NCBI GenBank assembly: GCA_963667845.2
Contig: CAXXVL010000002.1
Span: 672,001 to 736,000 of the forward strand
Direction: 5' to 3'
Source of the DNA: Smithellaceae bacterium
GTDB lineage: Bacteria > Desulfobacterota > Syntrophia > Syntrophales > Smithellaceae
DNA: 64,000 nt
Shown one piece after another: positions 38,651 through 49,273 of this stretch; the stretch's first letter is position 1, and every line of letters begins with the position of its first letter. The notes beneath the pieces are model-generated. The model had not been told where the DNA came from and searched no databases. It saw only the letters and a list, made by a program, of their open reading frames with translations. Made by a program: the position numbers and the translations under genes.

Positions 38651-40708
38651 TTATCGAACCGACAGCAATTCCCTGGCCGCCGCAACGATGCTGGCGGCCG
38701 TGAAGCCGAATTTTTCATAAAGTACCGGCCCCGGAGCCGATGCACCGAAGGTTTCCATGCCGATGATCTTTCCCGCCAATCCGACATAATGTTCCCAGCC
38801 CAGTTTGATACCGGCTTCCACGGCAAGGCGAGCAGACACTTCCGGCGGCAGTACGGACTCCCGATACTCCCCGGGTTGACTGTCGAATATTTCCCAGCTG
38901 GGAAGCGAGACCAGACGAACCTTCGTGCCGTCTTCGGCCAGCTTTCGAGCCGCCGACAGCGTCATGGCAACTTCCGAGCCTGTCGAAATCAGAATCAGCT
39001 CCGGATCAGGTGAAGACTCCCACAGAACATAACCGCCGCGCTTGACGCCTGCGGCCGAAGCACAGACCGTGCGATCCAGTACCGGAAGGTTCTGGCGGCT
39101 GAAGACCAGCGTCGTCGGACCCTTCGTGTTCGTGAGCGCCAGACGCCACGCTTCAAGTGTTTCATTGGCGTCCGCCGGACGCAGCACGGTCATGTTGGGA
39201 ACCTGTCGCAAATTCATGATTTGTTCGACGGGTTGATGCGTCGGACCGTCTTCACCCACCCCGATACTGTCATGTGTGAAAACAAAGATCGTGCGCAGGC
39301 CCATCAACGCAGCGAGACGCATCGGCGGGCGCATATAATCAGCGAATGTTAAAAAGGTTGCCGTATACGGAATAACGCCTCCATGCAGCGCCAGCCCCAC
39401 GGCGATGGCTCCCATCGCATGCTCTCGAACCCCGAAGTGGATGTTCCTTCCCGTATAATCCCAGGCTCCTCCAACCATCCCATGCAGACCTTCTTTAGAC
39501 AAAGCCGGGGATTGGAAATCGCCCAAGTCTTTGAGCCAGGTAAACGTTGACGGATTAAGATCAGCCGACCCTCCGGCCAGTTCCGGGACTTTGGCGGCAA
39601 GAGCCTGCATGACAATTTCTGACGCTTTGCGTGTCGCTACATCTTTGGAACCAGCGGGAAATTCAGTTAGAGCCGCATCCCAGTCGGACGGCAGTTCGCC
39701 GCGGAGTGTTCTTTCCAGCAAAGCAGCCTGTACCGCATCCTTTTGACGATAAACCGCCAGTGTCTCGGTCCACTTTTTTTCATCCTTCTTGCCGCGCGAA
39801 ACGGCCTTGCGGAAATATTTCCCGACTTCAACCGGCACATGGAACGTCTCATTACTATCCCAGCACAGCGCTTCTTTTGCACCTTGGAGTTCCTTTTCAC
39901 CAAGCGGGGATCCGTGCGCATCACTGCATCCCTGCTTTCCAGGCGCGCCATAACCGATCGTCGTTTGCACACAGATCAATGAGGGCTTGCCGGTTTCCTT
40001 CCTGGCTTTTCTCACGGCGCGATCAATAGCCTTTACGTCATTGCCGTTTTTAACTTTTTGCACATGCCAGCCATAGGACTTGAAACGCATTTCAATATTT
40101 TCGCTGAAGGACAACCCCGTGGAACCGGCCAGGGTTACTTTGTTGTCGTCATAAAGGACGATGAGTTTCCCCAGACGCAAATGGCCGGCCAGGGCGCAGG
40201 CTTCGGCAACGACGCCTTCCATCATGTCGCCGTCTCCGGCCATAACATATGTATAATGGTCAATGATCGGCTGTCCGTCGCGGTTGAATCTTGCTGCCAG
40301 CTGCGCTTCGGCGATGGCCATGCCGACAGCATTGGCCAGTCCCTGTCCCAGAGGGCCGGTGGTTACTTCCACGCCCGCCGTGTGTTTATATTCGGGATGC
40401 CCGGGAGTGCGGCTTCCCCACTGGCGGAAATTTTTAATATCGTCCAGTGAAAGATCATACCCCGTTAAATGCAGGAGCGCATATAGAAGCATCGAAGCAT
40501 GTCCGGAAGACAGAACAAAGCGGTCGCGATTCGGCCATTGGGGATTTTTAGGGTTATGCTTCAGGTGTTTTGCCCAGAGTGTAAAGGCCGCTGCCGCTGC
40601 ACCCAGAGGCATGCCCGGATGGCCCGATTTGGCTTTTTCTATGGCATCCGCCGCTAAGAACCGTATGGTATCAATGCATTTATTTTCAAGTTCACTTTTG
40701 TCAGGCAT
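38651..40708 (-). CDS. tkt: Transketolase
   Basis: [40 protein letters not shown]. Confidence 0.97.
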   Translation of the reverse strand: MPDKSELENKCIDTIRFLAADAIEKAKSGHPGMPLGAAAAAFTLWAKHLKHNPKNPQWPNRDRFVLSSGHASMLLYALLHLTGYDLSLDDIKNFRQWGSRTPGHPEYKHTAGVEVTTGPLGQGLANAVGMAIAEAQLAARFNRDGQPIIDHYTYVMAGDGDMMEGVVAEACALAGHLRLGKLIVLYDDNKVTLAGSTGLSFSENIEMRFKSYGWHVQKVKNGNDVKAIDRAVRKARKETGKPSLICVQTTIGYGAPGKQGCSDAHGSPLGEKELQGAKEALCWDSNETFHVPVEVGKYFRKAVSRGKKDEKKWTETLAVYRQKDAVQAALLERTLRGELPSDWDAALTEFPAGSKDVATRKASEIVMQALAAKVPELAGGSADLNPSTFTWLKDLGDFQSPALSKEGLHGMVGGAWDYTGRNIHFGVREHAMGAIAVGLALHGGVIPYTATFLTFADYMRPPMRLAALMGLRTIFVFTHDSIGVGEDGPTHQPVEQIMNLRQVPNMTVLRPADANETLEAWRLALTNTKGPTTLVFSRQNLPVLDRTVCASAAGVKRGGYVLWESSPDPELILISTGSEVAMTLSAARKLAEDGTKVRLVSLPSWEIFDSQPGEYRESVLPPEVSARLAVEAGIKLGWEHYVGLAGKIIGMETFGASAPGPVLYEKFGFTAASIVAAARELLSVR

Positions 40709-40775
40709 ATCGTCTCCTTATGGAATTGAAGATATTTTATTTAAAACAAAGATTAAATTATTGCACGAAAAAAAA

Positions 40776-41099
40776 TTACGGCTTGCCTGCCAGCGTATCC
40801 GTCAACCAGGCCAAATATTCCGAGCCGCCGTTAATAATCGGAACAGCGATGATCTCAGGCACTTCATAAGAGTGCAGTGTTTTAATAACCTCCGCGACTC
40901 TGTTGAAGAGGTCTTCACGGGTTTTAATCAGGCAAAGATATTCCCGCGAGCGTTCTATCTTACCCTTCCAAGAGTAAATGCTCTCGATGCCCTCCGCGAT
41001 CTGAACGCAGGCAGCCAACTTATCTTCCACAAGACGGCGGGCGATGGCCTCGGCCTCTTCCTTCGTTTCAGTCGTCGTTATGATTTGAATAAACGCCAT
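40776..41099 (-). CDS. cutA: Divalent-cation tolerance protein
   Basis: LAACV, S.Y.W.G, KT, HSYEVPEII, YL.W. Confidence 0.92.
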   Translation of the reverse strand: MAFIQIITTTETKEEAEAIARRLVEDKLAACVQIAEGIESIYSWKGKIERSREYLCLIKTREDLFNRVAEVIKTLHSYEVPEIIAVPIINGGSEYLAWLTDTLAGKP

Positions 41100-41157
41100 A
41101 TTGTCTTCACCCCTGAACCCATGACATGCTGACCCTCAAGACTCAAATCTTAAAAAC

Positions 41158-41940
41158 TTAAACCTTTTTATTCATCTCATACATCATGATCGCCGCCGCC
41201 TGCGGGAGGCTCAATGAATCCGACAGCTTGTTTCCGGAAATGCGCCAGCGCTCGCTTGCTTGCTCAAGCAAATCTGCCGGCAGGCCGTGACTTTCACTGC
41301 CCATCAGTAAAGCACCTCTTTGGGTCAGTGGATGAGGTGCAATGCCTTGATGAACGTCGCTGCCGATCAAAACGTAATCTTTACTGATTTCGGACAGTGC
41401 AGCTGCGACATCCACATCCGAAAGGATCCTCAAATGAAAAAGAGCGCCCATGGATGCCCGGACGACCTTGGGGTGCGTCCAATCCACTGAACTGCATCCC
41501 AACAAGATATTCTCAAATCCGAACCAGTAGGCGCTGCGCATCAATGCGCCCAGATTCTGAGGATTGGAAATTTGATATCCGATGAGGACGTGTCCCGTAG
41601 CGGATTTAAGCCATTCAGAAAAAGACGGTTGCTCCTTGTTCCTGACAATTGCAATCAACCCTTCCGGTTCTTTATCCTGGCTCAGTTTCTTCCACTCCGA
41701 GCGAGTCAGCTGATAAACCGGATGATGACCTTTCACGGGTTCGATCAGTTCTTCCCAATACCGAATTTTTTCGGGCAAAACGAGGATTGCTTCTATCTGC
41801 CAGTCACTTTTCAAAAGCTCCTCGACGACTTTTATCCCCTCGGCCAGAAATAAACCGTCATCGCGGCGGGATTTAACCTCGCCAAGCCGTGTCCACCTCT
41901 TTAACTGATTTTGCGAGGCACTGAGCAAATCATTTTTCAT
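41158..41940 (-). CDS. TrmH/SpoU-family RNA methyltransferase
   Basis: EG.K, NP.NLGAL.R, KVVRASMGA, MGSESHG, SLSL. Confidence 0.9.
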   Translation of the reverse strand: MKNDLLSASQNQLKRWTRLGEVKSRRDDGLFLAEGIKVVEELLKSDWQIEAILVLPEKIRYWEELIEPVKGHHPVYQLTRSEWKKLSQDKEPEGLIAIVRNKEQPSFSEWLKSATGHVLIGYQISNPQNLGALMRSAYWFGFENILLGCSSVDWTHPKVVRASMGALFHLRILSDVDVAAALSEISKDYVLIGSDVHQGIAPHPLTQRGALLMGSESHGLPADLLEQASERWRISGNKLSDSLSLPQAAAIMMYEMNKKV

Positions 41941-42886
41941 CCGGATGCCGCTCCCCTATTGTCACTGGTGGAATTTCGCCTTCTTCCTTATCGGGCCAAA
42001 TGATGGACGATATAACTGATACAATGAGAATTGAAGCAATGACGATCAGCGAGGCCGCAACAGGCACATGGAAGAAGTCTTCAATAAGCATCTTGATCCC
42101 GACAAATGTCAGGATAGCCGCCAGACCGTAGTGGAGAAGATGGAATAACTTCATCAGGCTGGAAATGGCGAAGAAAAGCGATCGCAGGCCTAAAATCGCA
42201 AATACGTTCGACGTATAAACAATAAAAGGATCTTTAGTGATAGCCAGTACGGCGGGAATAGAATCAACGGCGAAGAGAATATCGGTGGTTTCGAGGGCGA
42301 GGAGGACGGCCAGCATCGGCGTTGCGAAACGCACACCGCGCTTCAGGATAAGAAATTTTGCTCCGCAAAATGTTTTGGTGACCGGAATGAAATAGCGAAG
42401 CAGTTTTATGGCGATGTTCTTATCCGGATGAACTTCCGTCTCTTTGTTGAGTGCCATTTTTACACCGGTAAAAATCAGGAAAGCTCCGAAAATGTACATG
42501 ACCCAGCTGAAGGCATTGATAAGTGCAACGCCGGCAAAGATAAAAATGCCGCGTGTGATCAGCGCCAGCAATATCCCCCAGAAAAGTGCCTTATGTTCAT
42601 AAGCATGCGGAACATTGAAAAACCGGAATATCAGCATGAAGACGAAAAGGTTGTCGATGCTCAGCGAGTATTCAATAAGATAGCCGGCAAGGAATTCCAT
42701 GGCCTTGCCGTGCCCATAGAAAAAATAAACGCCGGCACAGAACAGGAGCGCCAGCGTCACCCAAAAAAGTGTCCACAGCATGGCCTCCTTCATCTTTATG
42801 ATGTGTGATTTACGATTGAAGACGCCAAGGTCCAGAGCCAGCATGGCCAGGATGAAGACCGCGAAGAATATCCACCACCACATCAT
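41930..42886 (-). CDS. TerC/Alx family membrane protein
   Basis: E.SLSIDNLFVF, DILFAVDSIPA, TSNVFAILGLRSL. Confidence 0.92.
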   Translation of the reverse strand: MMWWWIFFAVFILAMLALDLGVFNRKSHIIKMKEAMLWTLFWVTLALLFCAGVYFFYGHGKAMEFLAGYLIEYSLSIDNLFVFMLIFRFFNVPHAYEHKALFWGILLALITRGIFIFAGVALINAFSWVMYIFGAFLIFTGVKMALNKETEVHPDKNIAIKLLRYFIPVTKTFCGAKFLILKRGVRFATPMLAVLLALETTDILFAVDSIPAVLAITKDPFIVYTSNVFAILGLRSLFFAISSLMKLFHLLHYGLAAILTFVGIKMLIEDFFHVPVAASLIVIASILIVSVISSIIWPDKEEGEIPPVTIGERHPDEK

Positions 42887-42904
42887 GAATGCAATCCCTT
42901 ATCA

Positions 42905-44236
42905 TTAGATTGACCGGCCAAGCGCCTGAGCCGCGTTGTGGATGACGTCCCAGGCCGGGCTGAAGGGCGGCGCATACGCCAGATCCAGATAGCCGATCTG
43001 ATCAAGATTAAGTCCCGTCCACAGGGCAACGGAAAGCACATTAATCCGACCCACAACACCGGTCGCACCGACGGCCTGAGCCCCCAAAAGCTTTCCTGAT
43101 GACCTGTCCGCAATCAACTTCAGACCGATCGGGCTCGTTCCCATAGCCGTCGACATCGCATTGCCCCAGGTGATGTTGCTTGCGGGCGAGTAGCCGCAGT
43201 CTATAGCTTCCTGCTCTGAAATCCCCGTGGCAGCACATTCCAGATCGAATAACCGGAAGGATTGAGCGCCGACAACGCCGTCAAAAACCAGCGGTTTGCC
43301 GCCGATATTTCGACCGGCAACGCGTCCCTGCTTGTTCGCGATATCGCCCAGGGGTATGTTTACGAAGCGGCGGCTGACTTTATGAAACGATTCACAGCAG
43401 TCGCCCGCGGAATATACATTTTCACGGGAGGTCTGCTGGGCAAAGTTGACGGCAACTGCACCGGATTCGCCTATTTCCAGACCGAGCGATTTCGCCAATT
43501 CCACATTAGGCCTCACGCCGATCGCCAGTAAGACCATATCGCCTTCCCAGTCGCCTTTGTCCGTAATTACGCGAAGCTGCGTCTCATGTCCTTTTTCAAT
43601 GGTCTTCGCTACAGCAGTGGGGACAAACTCAACGCCATGACTGCGTAATTCTTTGAGCATAACAGACGAAAGAGCAGCGTCCCAGCGATTAGCCGGCAAT
43701 TCGCTGTTATGAATAATCGTTGTCTTGATGCCGGCGGCATGCAAGGCCTCGGACATTTCCAGTGCGATAAAGCCTCCGCCGATGATGATGACGCGCTTAG
43801 CACTTTTTTCTCGAAGCCAGGCCTTGATCTGCATCGCATTTTCCAGATTTCTCAGTGAGAAAACGCCGGGGAGGTTGATTCCCGGCATGTCCGGAATGAC
43901 GGCCGACGTGCCGGTCGCAATAACCAGGGTGTCGTAAGGGAACCGGCGGCCGTCTTTTACCGCAACGATGTTCTTCTCCGGATCAATATCAACCACTTCA
44001 GCATTTAGCTGTATGTCGATGCCGCCCTCGCGGAACTTTTCAGGTGTACGTGCAATAAGCAGATTAAGATCGGAAATAAGATCGCCGACATAGTAAGGCG
44101 TCGGGCAGGATGCGTAAGCCGCAAACTTGCCTTTTTGTAAAACCGTAACGTTTAGAGAAGGGTTGTTGCGTTTTGCCTCAGCGGCCGTAGACGCCCCGCC
44201 GGCGCCGCCGCCGATAATCATTAAGTTATTGCCCAT
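42905..44236 (-). CDS. CoA-disulfide reductase / NADH oxidase-like flavoprotein
   Basis: IIGGGAGG, YASCPTPYY (single redox Cys), GGGFIALE, AGDC, DLAYAPPFS. Confidence 0.85.
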   Translation of the reverse strand: MGNNLMIIGGGAGGASTAAEAKRNNPSLNVTVLQKGKFAAYASCPTPYYVGDLISDLNLLIARTPEKFREGGIDIQLNAEVVDIDPEKNIVAVKDGRRFPYDTLVIATGTSAVIPDMPGINLPGVFSLRNLENAMQIKAWLREKSAKRVIIIGGGFIALEMSEALHAAGIKTTIIHNSELPANRWDAALSSVMLKELRSHGVEFVPTAVAKTIEKGHETQLRVITDKGDWEGDMVLLAIGVRPNVELAKSLGLEIGESGAVAVNFAQQTSRENVYSAGDCCESFHKVSRRFVNIPLGDIANKQGRVAGRNIGGKPLVFDGVVGAQSFRLFDLECAATGISEQEAIDCGYSPASNITWGNAMSTAMGTSPIGLKLIADRSSGKLLGAQAVGATGVVGRINVLSVALWTGLNLDQIGYLDLAYAPPFSPAWDVIHNAAQALGRSI

Positions 44237-44249
44237 ATTCCCTCCGTGT

Positions 44250-45095
44250 TCATACCTTACGGATGGATACCCGCCTGCGCCATAGGATGACTGCTATACC
44301 TGCCAGCATCATTAATGTACACAGGACCTGCCCCATCGTATTGAATCCGAGGACAAATCCGAGTTGCACGTCCGGCTCGCGGAAAAACTCGATAATAAAG
44401 CGCACCAGACCGTAACCAAAAACATAAAGGCCGACAGTGAAACCAGTAAATGGGCTGCGTTTACGAATCATCCACAGAACGATAAACAGGAACAGACCCT
44501 CGAAAAGCGCTTCGTAAAGCTGAGAGGGATGCCGCAAACTCTGCGAAGCATCCAACGGGAAGTACATCCCCCAAGGCACGGTGGTCACACGGCCCCAGAG
44601 TTCGCCATTAATGAAATTGCCGAATCGCCCGAACATATATCCCAGGGGCACCGCCGCGCACAGCCAGTCACCGAATTGCCAGAGATTGATCTTGTGCTTG
44701 CGACAGAAGTAAATCGTGATTAAAACAACGCCGAGCAGTCCGCCGTGGTAGGACATACCACTCAAACCCACAAAATGGACGCCATTGGAAAAATCAAAAG
44801 GCAGGATGATTTCCAGCGGATGGGACATGTAATAGCTGAAGTTATAAAACAGGGCATACCCAAACCGCGCACCGACAATCAGGCCAACCATCGCCCAGAT
44901 CAGGTAATCCTGAAAAATTTCCGCCGTTAATGAAATTTCTTTGCGTTTAATCCGGTAGACAAACAAAAGATAAACTATGGCAAACGCCACCAGATACATC
45001 AGACTGTAATAACGTAGCGGAAAGGAACCGATACTGAAAAGCGTTGGGCTTATGTGAGACGGCAAATGCTGCCAGGTGTCGATAAATGATCCCAT
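44250..45095 (-). CDS. lgt: Prolipoprotein diacylglyceryl transferase
   Basis: GMSYHGG, GR.GNFINGELWGR, RHPSQLYE, EFFREPD. Confidence 0.96.
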   Translation of the reverse strand: MGSFIDTWQHLPSHISPTLFSIGSFPLRYYSLMYLVAFAIVYLLFVYRIKRKEISLTAEIFQDYLIWAMVGLIVGARFGYALFYNFSYYMSHPLEIILPFDFSNGVHFVGLSGMSYHGGLLGVVLITIYFCRKHKINLWQFGDWLCAAVPLGYMFGRFGNFINGELWGRVTTVPWGMYFPLDASQSLRHPSQLYEALFEGLFLFIVLWMIRKRSPFTGFTVGLYVFGYGLVRFIIEFFREPDVQLGFVLGFNTMGQVLCTLMMLAGIAVILWRRRVSIRKV

Positions 45096-45207
45096 TATAT
45101 TTCCATTTCCTTATTCCGAAATTGTATCTATAAATCTAATAGATGCTGCCCGAAGAACGTTTCTTCGAGCCGGCAGATCTGAAGTTGGATTCGCCGGGGT
45201 AAGAGAA

Positions 45208-46170
45208 TCAATAGGTTTGACCTTTCACATCATCGATATAATACTCGGCACTATGAACGGCGTTTGCACCATCACCGGCGGCAGTAACAACCTGACGGAA
45301 ATGCTTCGAACGGCAATCTCCTGCAGCAAAGAGGCCCGGCGCACTCGTTCTTAAATTTTCATCCGTAATAATAAAACCAGTCTTATCCATTTCCACAAGG
45401 CCCTGGAAGATTTCTGTATACGGCAGGCGACCGACAAAAATGAAAGCTCCATCAGCTGATATTTCACTTATATTTCCAGTTGCTACATTCTTCACCCTGG
45501 CGCCCGTAACAAAATCACCGCCGTTAATTTGTTCAATTGTCGCATTCAGGATGAATTCAATCTTTTTCTCGGCGAAAGCCCTTTTTTGCAGCACACCCGC
45601 CGCGCGCAGGCGATCCCGGCGATGAATGACAATGACTTTGTTTGCAAAATGCGTCAGGAAAAGTGCTTCCTGAATAGCCGTGTCGCCGCCTCCCACAACG
45701 ATAACATCACGATTCCGGTAAAATGGTCCGTCACAGGTAGCGCAATAGGATACGCCTTTTCCAACAAATTCAGCTTCTCCCGGAACTCCGAGACTCCGCC
45801 ACATCGCGCCCGTTGCCGCAATAATGCTGAGAGCCTTATAAACTTTGGCACCGGCGGTTACTTCCCACCTGACGGAAGCAGAAGAGTCTTTCTTAACTTC
45901 CGTTACATCTTGAGAAAGAATTTCCAGACCGAATTTCAGCGCCTGTTTTTTAAAGAGCTGCATCAGATCGAACCCATTGATGCCATCGGGGATACCGGGA
46001 TAGTTTTCGATCATATCGGTCATCGTAATCTGGCTTACGGTGCCTGCACCTTCAATGAGCAAGGTCTTAAGCGCAGCCCGTGCAGCATAAATACCAGCCG
46101 TATAGCCCGCCGGTCCGCCGCCGATAATAATAATATCATAATCATATTCGAGCAAGTTTGCCTGATTCAT
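45208..46170 (-). CDS. trxB: Thioredoxin reductase
   Basis: GGGPAG, IENYPG, GVSYCATCDG, VGGGDTA, AAGD. Confidence 0.95.
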   Translation of the reverse strand: MNQANLLEYDYDIIIIGGGPAGYTAGIYAARAALKTLLIEGAGTVSQITMTDMIENYPGIPDGINGFDLMQLFKKQALKFGLEILSQDVTEVKKDSSASVRWEVTAGAKVYKALSIIAATGAMWRSLGVPGEAEFVGKGVSYCATCDGPFYRNRDVIVVGGGDTAIQEALFLTHFANKVIVIHRRDRLRAAGVLQKRAFAEKKIEFILNATIEQINGGDFVTGARVKNVATGNISEISADGAFIFVGRLPYTEIFQGLVEMDKTGFIITDENLRTSAPGLFAAGDCRSKHFRQVVTAAGDGANAVHSAEYYIDDVKGQTY

Positions 46171-46513
46171 AAGAAAAGCTCCTGGAAATTTATTGGTGAC
46201 TTTAATCAGGAAGAGGGGCTTTTGTAAAGTTTAAATTGATAGAATTTCACGCGGCACCGTTAAGGCATGTCTTTCAGGTCGCCTTCAAATGAGCAAACTG
46301 ACCCCGCCTGTAAAATTCCGCCGCGCTTGTCGGGGACAAGCACCACCTTGAGCAAATTACTTGCATGCATTATCCGCGGTTCTCAGGCGGCAAGATAAAA
46401 TTGCCCGAGAGCATAGCGATTTTGGGCGCCATACGGATCCAAGTTGATTGCAGTCTCCTTCTCGGCCGAAAGACTGACAAACATAATTTATGATGTAAGC
46501 TGCTTGACATAAT

Positions 46514-46590
46514 TGGTGCCCCTGGCGTGAGTCGAACACGCGGCCCACAGATTAGGAATCTGTCGCTCTATCCTGCTGAGCTACAGGGGC
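46514..46590 (-). tRNA. tRNA-Arg (anticodon CCT)
   Basis: GCCCCTGTAGCTCAGCAGGATAGAGCG-ACAGA-TTCCTAA-TCTGT-GGGCCGCGTGTTCGACTCACGCCAGGGGCACCA; 77-nt cloverleaf with encoded CCA. Confidence 0.96.
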
Positions 46591-46666
46591 AGCCGTAAGG
46601 TCGTTTACCATAGGAGGTCGAGGTCGCCGTTTAACATTCTTTGCCAGGACTGTCAACCTTGGGGCC

Positions 46667-47578
46667 TCAGGCATCCGCGAAATCCTTTAAATGCTTTTCC
46701 AGCAAGCGGTTTTGATCAAAGTTGACCAGCTTCAGATTTTCGGGCTTGGTACCGGCAAAGGCGCATTTGGGCGCAAGGCCTATCAATTCGGACTCTAAAA
46801 TCTCAATACCGCGATCAGCCGCCAGCGCTTCCACCTGATCATAAATCGCTTTCAGCGGTGTTTCTTTGCAATTGGTGAGATTGATGGAAACCTGGGCCAA
46901 TTTTCTGCTTTTTAGAATGACGCCGATCGCACGCACATGCGGGAGACCACCACTTTTTTCCCGGATCTGCGATGCTATTTTTTGCGCCAGCCGCAGATCA
47001 TCACATTTGAGATTGATATTATAAGCGACCAGTGGCTCGCGGGCCCCTACGGCTGTTGCACCCCCCTGCGGATTAAATTCAGGCTTGCCGACATCAGGCG
47101 CATCCGCCGGATTGGATAATTTATTTCTCAGCGCTTCATAGCCGCCGCGCCGGACATTCGCAAGTTCCCGCCGTTCGGGAATCAGGGCCGCATGCCCATA
47201 AAAATAGACGGGCACTCCGAATCGTTCATAAAATTGCCGGCCGAAACGATGAGCCAGATCAACTGCTTCCTCCATCTTTGTTTTTCCCAGAGGAATGAAA
47301 GGCACGACATCCACGGCGCCCAGTCGTGGATGGACCCCTGTTTGCTTTCGCATATCAATCAGCTTTAAAGCCTGGTCCGATGCCGCCAGCGCCGCTTCCA
47401 GCACATCATCCGGTTTCCCGAGAAAGGTAAAGACACTCCGATTATGATCACTGTCGCCACTATAGTCGATCAGGTGGACGCTGGAAAATGACTTCAATAC
47501 GTCGGCAATCGCCTCGATCTTATCCAAATCGCATCCTTCGCTGATATTCGGCACGCACTCGATAACTTTCATATTCAT
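46667..47578 (-). CDS. ftcD: Glutamate formiminotransferase
   Basis: IECVPNISEG, DHNRSV, GVHPRLGAVDVVPF, AQVS.NL, ESELIGL; ATGA overlap with the upstream gene. Confidence 0.92.
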   Translation of the reverse strand: MNMKVIECVPNISEGCDLDKIEAIADVLKSFSSVHLIDYSGDSDHNRSVFTFLGKPDDVLEAALAASDQALKLIDMRKQTGVHPRLGAVDVVPFIPLGKTKMEEAVDLAHRFGRQFYERFGVPVYFYGHAALIPERRELANVRRGGYEALRNKLSNPADAPDVGKPEFNPQGGATAVGAREPLVAYNINLKCDDLRLAQKIASQIREKSGGLPHVRAIGVILKSRKLAQVSINLTNCKETPLKAIYDQVEALAADRGIEILESELIGLAPKCAFAGTKPENLKLVNFDQNRLLEKHLKDFADA

Positions 47579-48219
47579 ACCTGATAGAATTTTAGAGTCG
47601 GCAACTCGACACACGTGAGTTTGCCGCCATAAACTGCGCCCGTGTCAATACCGATCTTATTTGCGGTAACCAGAGGCGCGGTGAAATGCGTATGCCCGAA
47701 TATGACCCGCTTCCCGAAATCGTATTCGGAATCAATAAACGTCTGCCGGATCCATTGCAGATCGTGAACGTCTTGGTCTGCAAGCGGTAGACCGGGTCTC
47801 AGGCCGGCATGGACAAATATGTATTGGTCCGTTTCGTAGTACGGCAAGAGAGATTCGAAAAAGCGCAGATGCTCTGTGGGAATTTTTTCTTTTCTCACAA
47901 GGGGGGCATCCCAGCGGGATATGCCGTAAGCTTGAAGCGTCATTCGGCCGCCGTTGGCCAAATACAGGTCCTCATCCTTTCCATCTATGTAACGCATGAA
48001 CATGGATTCGTGATTTCCGGAAAGGCAGATCACTTTCCCATAGTCTTTCCTGAGTGTCAAAACGTAATCGACTACTTCCCTGCCTCCGGGCGCACGGTCT
48101 ATAAAATCGCCAAGAAAGACAAGCCTGTCGCTTTGCGGATCGGCAGTTATAACCTGGATCAAGCGCTGGAGATCCCCTAGGCAACCATGTATATCTCCGA
48201 TGGCAAAGATTTTATTCAT
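47575..48219 (-). CDS. Metallophosphoesterase (PPP Ser/Thr phosphatase-like)
   Basis: GDIHG, LGDFIDR, GNHE, VHAG, FGHT, IDTGA. Confidence 0.9.
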   Translation of the reverse strand: MNKIFAIGDIHGCLGDLQRLIQVITADPQSDRLVFLGDFIDRAPGGREVVDYVLTLRKDYGKVICLSGNHESMFMRYIDGKDEDLYLANGGRMTLQAYGISRWDAPLVRKEKIPTEHLRFFESLLPYYETDQYIFVHAGLRPGLPLADQDVHDLQWIRQTFIDSEYDFGKRVIFGHTHFTAPLVTANKIGIDTGAVYGGKLTCVELPTLKFYQV

Positions 48220-48245
48220 CCCTACTTGCCGTCATGAGTAATGCC

Positions 48246-49157
48246 TTAATCTAAGAGGGCGTTCGTAAAATCCTTACTGTCGAAGATTCGCAAATCATCC
48301 AATCCTTCGCCCACTCCGATAAAACGCACCGGCAACCCCAGCTCACCGGCTATGCGCACGACTACGCCGCCCTTCGATGTTCCGTCAAGCTTGGTCAGCA
48401 CAATGCCCGTTGCACCGATATCCTCTTTAAACATTTTTGCCTGCATTACGGCATTCTGACCTGTGGTGGCATCAAGAACCAAGAGTATCTCATCTGGTGC
48501 GCCGGGCAATTCCCGACTGATAACCCTTTTGACCTTTTTGAGTTCTTCCATCAGATTGGTCCGGGTATGCAAACGGCCCGCCGTATCCACAATAACAACG
48601 CCGTTAAAACCGGCCTTAATCTTCCCGACTGCATCAAAAACCACAGCGGCGGGATCTGCATTCATTTTTTGCTTGATCACAGGTGCGCTGACGCGTTTGC
48701 CCCACACTTCGAGCTGCTCAATGGCGGCAGCCCGAAAGGTGTCGGCGGCAACCAGCAATATTTTATGCCCGTCCTGGCTGAGCAGGTTGGATAATTTACC
48801 GATTGTCGTCGTCTTACCACTGCCGTTGACACCAATGGCCATGATCACAAACGGCCGATCCTTTGGAATCATCAATGGCTTTTCAATTTGCTGCAGAAGC
48901 GCCATCACACGTTCCTGTAAAACTTTTTTAATCTGCGGTGCGTCCTGCAACTCATTTCGCTTCATTCTCTGCTTAACGTCGTCAATTAAATCATACGTAA
49001 ACTGCGGCCCCATATCCGCCGAAATCATCAGTTCTTCCAGTTCATCGAAGAGGGATTGATCCAGGACCCTCTTGCCAAAAACGAGATTATCGAGATTCTT
49101 TGTCAGGGCATTACGCGTTTTGGTCAGCCCTGCTTTTAATTTATCAAATAAACCCAC
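48246..49157 (-). CDS. ftsY: SRP receptor
   Basis: GVNGSGKTTTIGK, DTFRAAA, DTAGR, TKLDGT.KGG; start GTG 49157 or ATG 49178. Confidence 0.96.
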   Translation of the reverse strand: MGLFDKLKAGLTKTRNALTKNLDNLVFGKRVLDQSLFDELEELMISADMGPQFTYDLIDDVKQRMKRNELQDAPQIKKVLQERVMALLQQIEKPLMIPKDRPFVIMAIGVNGSGKTTTIGKLSNLLSQDGHKILLVAADTFRAAAIEQLEVWGKRVSAPVIKQKMNADPAAVVFDAVGKIKAGFNGVVIVDTAGRLHTRTNLMEELKKVKRVISRELPGAPDEILLVLDATTGQNAVMQAKMFKEDIGATGIVLTKLDGTSKGGVVVRIAGELGLPVRFIGVGEGLDDLRIFDSKDFTNALLD

Positions 49158-49273
49158 GTATCTAACAATTCCTTTCATTAATTATCGTCTCTCTGACACG
49201 TAAACCACAAAAGAAGGCGTATCGCCTCACTGTCATCTCATAACGATTTTCTTGGTTAAAGTAAAGGAGTGGA

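Noticed and set aside
42887..42904. yybP-ykoY riboswitch before the TerC/Alx gene
   Set aside because: The spacer is only 18 nt
46230..46513. Genomic island at the tRNA-Arg 3' end
   Set aside because: No integrase and no duplicated tRNA 3' end seen; trxB follows within about 340 bp
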